Source: an uncultured Victivallales bacterium
GTDB lineage: Bacteria; Verrucomicrobiota; Lentisphaeria; Oligosphaerales; JAFGRS01
Assembly (NCBI GenBank): GCA_903837355.1
Contig: CAILUI010000291.1
Location: forward strand, 2,476 to 66,475
Direction of reading: 5' to 3'
Length of the DNA stretch: 64,000 nt
The position numbers and the translations under genes were made by a program. The notes under the pieces were generated by a model. That model made no database searches. It was not told the DNA's origin and saw only the letters and a list, made by a program, of their open reading frames with translations. Positions 56,700 to 64,000 of this stretch are shown here, piece after piece; the first letter of the stretch is position 1, and every line of letters starts with the position of its first letter.

Positions 56700-56745
56700 G
56701 GCGCCTGAGCGGGATGAGATCCGTTCAGGCGCCTTTTGCGTTTTC
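56700..56745 (+). terminator. intrinsic terminator
   Basis: GGCGCCTGA...TCAGGCGCC (9-bp perfect outer stem plus inner pairs) followed by TTTTGCGTTTT. It lies 28 nt after the TAG at 56670-56672. Confidence 0.75.
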
Positions 56746-56762
56746 TGGGGGGGGGCCTGGCG

Positions 56763-58214
56763 CTACTCCGTCACCACCACCGCCTCGATTCCCAGGCAGT
56801 CGGCGACGCGGACCACGGCGCGGGCGTGGTGGCCGATGCCGAGCGCGAAGTGATGGGTCGGTCCGGCCGCCACCCAGCGCCGCAGGAAAGTGCGCACGTC
56901 CGGCTTGAAGCGGCCGTGGGTGTTGGTGTTGCCGGTGGGCGGAATCGGCCAGCACACCGATTCGCCCTCTGCGACCACGAACTTCAGCTTCCCGTCGGCT
57001 CTGACGCCGAGGCTCAGCATAGTGATGGGCCCCTCTTTGATGCGGAACTCGACGCTGGCGCCCGACCCCGGTTTGCCGTGGTATTTCTTCAGGCTGCGCA
57101 AGACCGGCCGGCCAGCGGCGATATTGAGGTGGTGCGGCCCATCGTGGCCCACCAGCACCGAGTCACGGGTGAAGTCTACAGGGTGGAACTCGGCGAAGCT
57201 GCCACCGATGTCGAGGCGGTCGAAGATGAGCATGGCCAGGCAGGTCTTGAGGTCGTACTCGCCGCACATTGGGAACCCCGCGGCGCTCAGCAGGGAGTTG
57301 CCGACGATGAGGTTCGTGACCACGGTACGGACCTCCGAGCCGGGTTCGCCCTCGTAGTAGTAGGCCAGGCCGTCGAGCCGTTTCTCCGCAACGAAAGCAT
57401 CGAGTGCGACCGCGACGCGGGCCGCGGTCGCGAGGTCAGTTTCGGTGAGTCGCGTGGTGATCGGGTCCGACTGCGGGTCGGGGGTGTCGAAAAAGCCCAG
57501 GATCTGCTGGCGCTTGGCCGCCATGGTGTCAGGGCTGGCACTGCGGTAGTGCCGCACGATGTCGTCGGGTTCGCAGAGCACGACGTGACTGCCGAAGGCC
57601 GCGGTGATGGCCGTCGGGTCAGCGTGCATGTCGAGCATGGACTCCAGCACGTGCCCCATGAGCCCGATGCGCGCCCGCTTCAGGTCATGCAGCACCTTGG
57701 CGACCTGGCACCACTCGGCCAGGTCGGCCTCGGCGGCGGGGTCCGCGTGCAACGTCCCCAGGATGACGGGGGGTGGCCGGCGGCCCAGGCGGATGGCCAC
57801 GCCGGTGAATTCGGGAACCGAGCAGACGTCGTCGTTACAGAGTTGCATGTAGGTACTGCCCCGCTCGTAATCCATGGCGGCCAGGGGTTGCAGAGCCACC
57901 AGGACGATGGGGCAGTGAAGCTCGCGAGCCAGGATGCCGAACGTCGACGACGTGGCATAGGTAACCATGTCGATGAACAGCAGATCGAGGTCGGCAGCCT
58001 GGATGCGGGGTAGGACGTCGTAGGCAGCCGGAGCCTGATCGACCATGCCGAAACGCACGACCTCGACGCCATGCTGCTCACAACGCGCCGCCAGCACATC
58101 GACCTTGCCCATGAGTTCGGCGAGCAGTCCCTCGAACTGAGCCCAGTAGGTATGGTGCCCCACCGCCATCAGGCCAACCCGTGCCGTGAGCCGTTTCCGT
58201 CTATCGATGGCCAT
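56763..58214 (-). CDS. L-fucose/L-arabinose isomerase family protein
   Basis: The size (483 aa), N-terminal VGLMAVGHHTYW...VVRFGMVD and central/C-terminal blocks (GEYDLKTCLAMLI, AEFHPVDF, HHFALGIGH) resemble the FucI/AraA-like isomerase superfamily. Substrate unknown. Confidence 0.7.
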   Translation of the reverse strand: MAIDRRKRLTARVGLMAVGHHTYWAQFEGLLAELMGKVDVLAARCEQHGVEVVRFGMVDQAPAAYDVLPRIQAADLDLLFIDMVTYATSSTFGILARELHCPIVLVALQPLAAMDYERGSTYMQLCNDDVCSVPEFTGVAIRLGRRPPPVILGTLHADPAAEADLAEWCQVAKVLHDLKRARIGLMGHVLESMLDMHADPTAITAAFGSHVVLCEPDDIVRHYRSASPDTMAAKRQQILGFFDTPDPQSDPITTRLTETDLATAARVAVALDAFVAEKRLDGLAYYYEGEPGSEVRTVVTNLIVGNSLLSAAGFPMCGEYDLKTCLAMLIFDRLDIGGSFAEFHPVDFTRDSVLVGHDGPHHLNIAAGRPVLRSLKKYHGKPGSGASVEFRIKEGPITMLSLGVRADGKLKFVVAEGESVCWPIPPTGNTNTHGRFKPDVRTFLRRWVAAGPTHHFALGIGHHARAVVRVADCLGIEAVVVTE

Positions 58215-58461
58215 ACCTGCTCCCCGCTGTGCGGCGCGCTGCGGCGGCGTTTGCCGCCACAGGGGCAGGTACTATACACTCCTGATGTTCGACCGATTCG
58301 CATCCGTGTGGAGTGGCGCTAAATTACCTAATGCGGCTGCTCTGATTTGGCCAGGCGTTCTGGATCGTGCCGCAGGCAGACGCGGCTGTCGCTTGTTGGT
58401 TCGGTAAGGCCCCGTTGCCGCACCGATAGGCCGTAGAGTTTACAAAGCCGGGGGTGTCGTA

Positions 58462-59892
58462 ATGACCAGTGTCCCGCAGATTATCCAAGGCGGCATGGGT
58501 GTTGCCGTCTCCCATTGGGGCCTGGCTCAGACCGTATCCCGGCTGGGCCAACTGGGGGTCGTCTCCGGTACTGCGCTGGACCAGATTCTGGCACGGCGTC
58601 TGCAGGATGGCGATCCGGGCGGGCACATGCGTCGGGCCCTGGCCAGTTTCCCGTACCCACGCATCGCGCAGCGCATTCTGGATACCTGCTTCGTTCCCGG
58701 CGGGAAGGGCCGCGGTACCCCCTACCGGCTGTTCGGCATCCATTCGATCGAGAGCACGCGCTGGCTCCAGGAGCTCTGCATCGCCGGGAATTTCGTGGAG
58801 ATTTTCCTGGCGCGCGAAGGGCATAGCAACCCGGTGGGCATCAACTACCTTGAGAAGATCCAGTTACCGCACCTGCCGTCGATCTATGGCGCCATGCTGG
58901 CGGGTGTGGCCGTGATCATTGTCGGGGCAGGTATCCCGATGGAGATGCCTGCGGTTCTGGACGCATTGGCCTCTCACCAACCCGCCAGTTACCCGGTGCG
59001 CATCATCGGTGCGCCTTCCGGCGCCGCCTTCCGTACGACCTTCGACCCCGCCGACTTCGAGTCCGAGGCCGTGGCTGGCCGTCCGGACATACCACGCCCG
59101 GACTTCCTACCGATCGTATCGTCGGATGGTCTGGCCTCGATCATGGTGCGGCGCACGCGTGGCAAGATTGCGGGTTTCATCGTTGAGGGCAATCGTGCCG
59201 GTGGGCACAACGCGCCACCCCGTGGCCCCCTGCAACTGACGCCCGAGGGCGAACCGATATACGGCCCGCGCGATACCGTGGACATGGCGGCGATGCGGGC
59301 TCTGGGGCTACCGTTCTGGATGGCCGGTTCTTACGGTTCCGCCGAGCGCTTGCGGGAGGCCCTGTCGGAGGGTGCCGCCGGGGTGCAGGTGGGAACCGCG
59401 TTTGCGCTCTGCACGGACTCGGGGCTGGCCCCTGAGGTCAGGAAGGCGCTGGTGCGCAAAGCGCTTGCCGGCGAGGCCAGGGTCTTCACGGACCCCTGCG
59501 CGTCCCCCACCGGGTTCCCCTTCAAAGTGGCCTGCCTTGCAGAAACGCTTTCCGAGGCCGACGTGTACCAACGGCGGCATCGTCTCTGTGACCTGGGCTT
59601 CCTGCGGGAACCCTATCTGCGTGAGAACGGTACCGTCGGCTACCGCTGCCCCGCCGAGCCGCCCTCGTCCTACCTGGCCAAAGGGGGCAAGGTGGAGGAT
59701 CTGGCCGACCGCAAGTGCCTCTGCAATGCGCTGGTCGCCAATGTGGGCATGCCGCAGCGGCTGGGGAACGGAACCGACGAGCCCTGTCTGGTCACCATGG
59801 GGGACGATGCGACCGATGTGCACCGTTTCTGCACGGTGGAGCAGCCGGATTTCAGCGCCGCGGATGTGATCCGCGTACTGCTGGGCGGCTGA
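58462..59892 (+). CDS. nitronate monooxygenase (NMO/2-nitropropane dioxygenase) family FMN enzyme
   Basis: IIQGGMGVAVSHWGLAQTVSRLGQLGVVSG, IVEGNRAGGH and AGVQVGTAF motifs. Confidence 0.8.
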   Translation: MTSVPQIIQGGMGVAVSHWGLAQTVSRLGQLGVVSGTALDQILARRLQDGDPGGHMRRALASFPYPRIAQRILDTCFVPGGKGRGTPYRLFGIHSIESTRWLQELCIAGNFVEIFLAREGHSNPVGINYLEKIQLPHLPSIYGAMLAGVAVIIVGAGIPMEMPAVLDALASHQPASYPVRIIGAPSGAAFRTTFDPADFESEAVAGRPDIPRPDFLPIVSSDGLASIMVRRTRGKIAGFIVEGNRAGGHNAPPRGPLQLTPEGEPIYGPRDTVDMAAMRALGLPFWMAGSYGSAERLREALSEGAAGVQVGTAFALCTDSGLAPEVRKALVRKALAGEARVFTDPCASPTGFPFKVACLAETLSEADVYQRRHRLCDLGFLREPYLRENGTVGYRCPAEPPSSYLAKGGKVEDLADRKCLCNALVANVGMPQRLGNGTDEPCLVTMGDDATDVHRFCTVEQPDFSAADVIRVLLGG

Positions 59893-59898
59893 GAGAGT

Positions 59899-61305
59899 CT
59901 ACTTCCGACGGGCTCGGGGGCCCTTGGCGGTATCCTCGATGACCCAGCCCGCTGCGGCCAGTTGATCCCGGATCTGGTCTGCCCGCCGAAAGTCCTTGGC
60001 CTGGCGCGCGGCCTGGCGCGCGGCGGCGAGTCCCAGGATCGATTCCGGAACGCTGTCGCCATCGTCTGGAGTGACGACCGCCAGGACCCGGTCCATGTCC
60101 TGCAGCGCGGCCAGTAGTGCCGTGGCGCCGGTGCCTGAGGCGCTGCCGGCGTCGAGCAGACGGTTGGCCTCGCGGACCAGATCGAAGAGGGCCGCGAGGG
60201 CCGCCGAGATGTTGAGGTCGTCCTCCATGGCGGCACGGAAGGCCGCACCCGCCTTAGTCCCGACCGCGCGCGCCCCCTCTACCCCAGCGTCGGGTAGGCG
60301 CGCGGCCTCTTCCAGGCGGCTGCGGCAAGCGTCCAGACGCTGCAGGGCGGCGCGGGCGTCCTCGCAACTGCGGAATGAGAAGTTCAAGGCTTGCCGGTAG
60401 TGGGTAGCCAGCAGCACGTAGCGGATCTCGCGGCCGCTGTAGCCGCGGTCGAGAACGTCACGCAGGGTGTAGAAGTTCCCCAGTGACTTGGACATCTTCT
60501 CGCCGTCCACCACCAGATGCGCGCAGTGCAGCCAGACGTTGACGAAACGGCAGCCGTTGGCGGCCTCGCTCTGCGCGATCTCGTCCTCGTGGTGGGGGAA
60601 CATGTTGTCGACCCCGCCGCAGTGGATGTCGAAGTGCGGGCCGAGGTAACGGCTGCTCATGGCCGAGCACTCGATGTGCCAACCGGGCCGACCCTTGCCC
60701 CAAGGGCTGTCCCAGACGACGTCGCCGTCGGTCTCGGTCCACGCCTTCCAAAGGGCGAAGTCCGCTACCGACTCCTTGGCGTACTCGTCATGGCTGACGC
60801 GTTCGCCGGTCCGCATCTGATCGCGGTCGATATGGACGAGTTGCCCGTACGCTGGCCAGCGCGCGATGGAGAAGTAGACGGAGCGGTCATCAGCCTGATA
60901 GGCCACACCTTTGGCGATGAGCGTCTGGATCAGGCTGATCATCTCCGGAATGTGCTCCGTGGCGGCAGGGTAGACGTCGGCCGGAGCCAGGCGCAGACGC
61001 TGGCTGTCGGCGAAGAAGGCCTCCTTGAAGCGCCCCGTGAAGGCGGCCAGACTCGTCCCCGCCGCCCGCGAGTCGCGAATGGTCTTGTCGTCGACGTCGG
61101 TGAGGTTCATCACATGGCGGACGCGGTAGCCGCAGTAGAGCAACGTACGCTTGAGCAGATCCTCGAAGACATAGGCGCGGAAGTTGCCGATGTGGGCGAT
61201 GTTGTAGACGGTGGGTCCGCAGGTGTAGAGGCCAACCGCGCCAGCTTGGATGGGCTCAAACGGCTCCTGCCGCCGCGTCAATGAGTTGTGGAATTCCAGC
61301 GCCAT
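59899..61305 (-). CDS. cysS: cysteine--tRNA ligase
   Basis: HIGN (HIGH) motif in CGPTVYNIAHIGNFRAY, plus WHIECSAM and KMSKSLGN. ATG 61305 is chosen; the track start 61311 is TTG two codons upstream. Confidence 0.95.
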   Translation of the reverse strand: MALEFHNSLTRRQEPFEPIQAGAVGLYTCGPTVYNIAHIGNFRAYVFEDLLKRTLLYCGYRVRHVMNLTDVDDKTIRDSRAAGTSLAAFTGRFKEAFFADSQRLRLAPADVYPAATEHIPEMISLIQTLIAKGVAYQADDRSVYFSIARWPAYGQLVHIDRDQMRTGERVSHDEYAKESVADFALWKAWTETDGDVVWDSPWGKGRPGWHIECSAMSSRYLGPHFDIHCGGVDNMFPHHEDEIAQSEAANGCRFVNVWLHCAHLVVDGEKMSKSLGNFYTLRDVLDRGYSGREIRYVLLATHYRQALNFSFRSCEDARAALQRLDACRSRLEEAARLPDAGVEGARAVGTKAGAAFRAAMEDDLNISAALAALFDLVREANRLLDAGSASGTGATALLAALQDMDRVLAVVTPDDGDSVPESILGLAAARQAARQAKDFRRADQIRDQLAAAGWVIEDTAKGPRARRK

Positions 61306-61661
61306 GTCCAACCTGCCCTCTGCCGCCCGGCCGCCACCGCAATCTGGCCCTGACCCGACCCCAGAAAACCGCCGTGGCGGCGTTCCGGTGGGTGGTGAGG
61401 GCTGCGCGAAACCGCTGCACGCCTGCCCGTTCTGCGGGCGGCGCGGAGACCACTGTCCAGATCCTGGGCGTGCCGACCCGCGACCTCGCTAGTATAGCAG
61501 CGCAATGGCTCCAGCGCCGCGTTTCCCGGGGCTTGAATGCCTGGAAAACACCGCAATATTCCACACCATCCGCTAGGCGGGCGTGTCGGAGCCCGGTCCC
61601 CGAATGGCGTGGTGCTTCTGGCTCCGGAGTCTCCGCTCCGGCAGCCGTGTGAGAGGGTCGC

Positions 61662-62528
61662 ATGAGCCAGCAACTGCAGTTCACGTGGAACCGGGGTGCC
61701 GCGGCTGCGCCTGCCGTCGCGGTCGAGGAGAGTGGGACGGGTTCCGCTTCGGCGCGTCGGCAGGCCATTCGGCGCGCGGCGCTGTGCTGGCTGGAACAGA
61801 CGGCCCCGCCGACCGGCGTGGCGACGTTCGTCGTCACCCGCATCCAACGTACGCGGGCCGATGTCGCCGCCTTCTGGAGCGCGCCGGTGCGCAACCCTGC
61901 CTGCGAGGGGCCGGACCGCATTCTGACCCCGGTACGCACTGCGGTTATCCAGTGCTATGCCGAACGCGAGGAGTGCTGGCCCGACTGCACGCGCTCCCAG
62001 GAGATGCTGCCCAAGCTCAAGGGTCTGAAGAGCGAACTGGCCGAGGTCGAAGCGACGATCCGGCAGGAGGAGCCCCGCTTGCGCGACACCAACGCGCTCT
62101 TCGAAGAGTACGCCCTCTGGCGCTATGAGGAGAGTCACAATCGGCGCTACCACGCGCTGCGCCGTGCCATCAGTCGCGTCGAAGGCAGTCTCTATGAGGG
62201 GACGTCGTTCGAGCGTATCCGCAGTGCGCAACTGGCTGACCATCTGTATCTGGCGGTGCCGGCAGGGCTGGTGGAGCGCTCGGAACTCGCGGAGGGCTGG
62301 GGCTTGCTCTGGGTCGATGACGACCTGAGCGTTCGCGTGGTGGTCGAGGCAGAGGCGCGTGAGTGCCTGCCTGCCAATCGTTTCCACCTGGTACAGAACA
62401 TCGCGGCTGCGGCCAAGGTCAGCGAACTGCTGGCCAACGGGGTGGCCCGTCGCGAGGAGGCGGTGATCCTGGCCCGGCCCATGCGTTGCCGGCGGGCCGA
62501 GGAGACGGTCCGCCTCTCGGCCCTCTGA
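61662..62528 (+). CDS. hypothetical protein, possibly MmcB-like PD-(D/E)xK fold with a helical insertion
   Basis: RADVAAFW...VIQCYAEREEC...HLYLAVPAGLV...GWGLLWVD is reminiscent of MmcB-family nuclease-fold proteins. A ~70-aa charged helical segment (LKGLKSELAEVEATIRQEEPRLRD...) interrupts it. Low-confidence functional call. Confidence 0.55.
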   Translation: MSQQLQFTWNRGAAAAPAVAVEESGTGSASARRQAIRRAALCWLEQTAPPTGVATFVVTRIQRTRADVAAFWSAPVRNPACEGPDRILTPVRTAVIQCYAEREECWPDCTRSQEMLPKLKGLKSELAEVEATIRQEEPRLRDTNALFEEYALWRYEESHNRRYHALRRAISRVEGSLYEGTSFERIRSAQLADHLYLAVPAGLVERSELAEGWGLLWVDDDLSVRVVVEAEARECLPANRFHLVQNIAAAAKVSELLANGVARREEAVILARPMRCRRAEETVRLSAL

Positions 62529-62565
62529 GTCACGGCTGAACCTGCCGACCTTCGGAGCCGCGCGG

Positions 62566-64000
62566 ATGAGTGTCAGAGCCGTGTTAGTGGCCTGTGCCGG
62601 GGTGGCGTTGATCTGCGGCTTCGGCTTCTTCAACGACTTCGTCTTGCGCCAGACCTACATGGTCGGCACGTTCATGCCCATTCCCGTCTACGGTGGGCTG
62701 ATCCTCTTCCTGCTGCTGATCAACCCACTGCTGGGCCGGATCCGGCGTTCGTGGATGTTCACCGGGCCGGAACTGGGCTTCGCCATCGCCGTCATGCTCT
62801 TCGCCTGCTTCATCCCCGGGCGCGGCCTGATGCATCACGCCCTGGGCACCCTGATGCTGCCCCACCACTATGCCAAGACCGATCCTACCTGGAAGGAGGT
62901 CAAGGCCCTCGACCTGGTGCCGCCGCAGATGCTGGCGGATGTGAGTACGGACGAGGATGCTGCCCTCGGTGGTTTCGTGCAAGGCCTGGGGCAGGGGAGT
63001 ACCCACATCAGCCTGTGGAAGATGCCGTGGAGTGCCTGGGCGCGGTCTTTCCTGTTCTGGGGGCCGCTGATCTTCACCACGATCGTCGCCCTCACCGGCC
63101 TGGCGCTGGTCGTACATCGGCAGTGGGCCCTGCATGAGCAGATACCGTACCCGATCGTCACCTTCGCGGAGGCCATCCTGCCCGCCCCGGGCAAGCCCTG
63201 GGGGGTCGTCTTCCAGAGCCGGCTCTTCTGGATCAGCATGGGCAGCGTCTTCATCATCCACATGAATAACTGCGCCGCGGTGTGGTGGCCGGAGACCATG
63301 ATCCCTGTCCAGCTCCGCTTCGAGTTCCGGCCGCTGGTGCAGCTCTTTCCGGCCTTCGCCCGCGGTGATGGCTGGGATATCGCCTACCCGCGCCTCCTGT
63401 TCACGGTGGTCGGGTTTGCCTATTTCCTCTCCTCGGAACTGTCCCTGTCCATGGGACTGGCGCCCTATCTCTATGCCTTCTTCAAGGGGATCTGTCTTGG
63501 CTACGGGATCGCGCTGGGCACCAACTTCATGGCCCTCGAGAACATCGAGCGCGGGCTCTACGGCGGTGCCTACCTGGGTATCGGGTTGGTGATGCTGTAC
63601 AACGGCCGCCGCTACTACGCCAACGTGGCGCGCCGCAGCCTCGGGTTGCGCGCTCCTGAGCAGCCGCAGTCCTACGCGGTGTGGGGCGCCAGGATGCTCG
63701 TCCTGGCCACGGTGGCGTTCGTCGCGCAGCTGGTGACGCTGGGCATCGACTGGCAGTTGGCGGTGCTCTACACGTTCTTCTTCCTGCTCATCTCCGTCGT
63801 GCTCAGCCGCGTTGTGGCCGAGACCGGCGCCTTCTTCATCCACTGCTACTTCTACCCCTGTGCGCTGCTGCTCACCTTCCTCGGGGCGATGGCCTTCGAC
63901 CCGCGGACCCTGGCCACGCTGTTTCTCATCACCGTGGTCCTCATGGTTGACCCGCGCGAGGTCTTTATGCCCTTCGCCACGCACGCTATCGCCTTGGTGG
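62566..64000 (+). CDS. 3'-truncated large polytopic membrane protein (unknown family)
   Basis: The frame from ATG 62566 stays open to the window end, so it is absent from the track. Translation MSVRAVLVACAGVALICGFGFFNDFVLRQTYMVGTFMPIPVYGGLILFLLLINPLLG... has more than 10 hydrophobic helices. The listed minus-strand ORF 62584..63984 is its antisense artefact. Confidence 0.75.
   Translation, partial: MSVRAVLVACAGVALICGFGFFNDFVLRQTYMVGTFMPIPVYGGLILFLLLINPLLGRIRRSWMFTGPELGFAIAVMLFACFIPGRGLMHHALGTLMLPHHYAKTDPTWKEVKALDLVPPQMLADVSTDEDAALGGFVQGLGQGSTHISLWKMPWSAWARSFLFWGPLIFTTIVALTGLALVVHRQWALHEQIPYPIVTFAEAILPAPGKPWGVVFQSRLFWISMGSVFIIHMNNCAAVWWPETMIPVQLRFEFRPLVQLFPAFARGDGWDIAYPRLLFTVVGFAYFLSSELSLSMGLAPYLYAFFKGICLGYGIALGTNFMALENIERGLYGGAYLGIGLVMLYNGRRYYANVARRSLGLRAPEQPQSYAVWGARMLVLATVAFVAQLVTLGIDWQLAVLYTFFFLLISVVLSRVVAETGAFFIHCYFYPCALLLTFLGAMAFDPRTLATLFLITVVLMVDPREVFMPFATHAIALV

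Overview
GC-rich (by eye about two-thirds G+C) bacterial chromosomal segment. Its gene content resembles the PVC group (Verrucomicrobiota, Planctomycetota, Kiritimatiellota); this placement is inference only, since no rRNA or tRNA gene is present. All family assignments come from motifs read in the translations; no searches were run. Bases 1-22.8 kb (+ strand) form a carbohydrate-active enzyme cluster: two six-hairpin glycosidase-like genes, four GH2-type glycosidases (three are tandem diverged paralogues, with LamG lectin modules at either end of the set) and one cytoplasmic protein of unknown function. Bases 22.9-28.4 kb (- strand) hold a TAT-signal Gfo/Idh/MocA oxidoreductase and a 1392-aa ThuA-HEAT-discoidin-PmoA-like fusion protein. 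The rest is mostly housekeeping: cdaA-cdaR-miaA, a rhomboid protease, PSP1/RicT, an O-antigen-ligase-like protein, aroQ-accB-accC, Asp23 plus an anchor protein, an HTH-EIIA regulator divergent from a membrane-anchored GspE-like ATPase, pheA-tyrA-DAHPS/CM, a tight zinc-ribbon-parE-parC-orphan operon, rho, coaE, a sugar isomerase, a nitronate monooxygenase and cysS. A small lower-GC islet at 54.9-56.7 kb carries tandem repeats, a cupin lipoprotein, an HExxH protein and a CARDB-like remnant. The best-supported new signal is a 17-codon Tyr/Phe-rich leader ORF (too short for the ORF track). It has a promoter, four mutually exclusive pairing segments and an intrinsic terminator just upstream of pheA, which fits a classical ribosome-mediated attenuator. 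I found no CRISPR array, transposase, integrase, rRNA or tRNA. Many long ORFs in the track are antisense artefacts of the high GC content.
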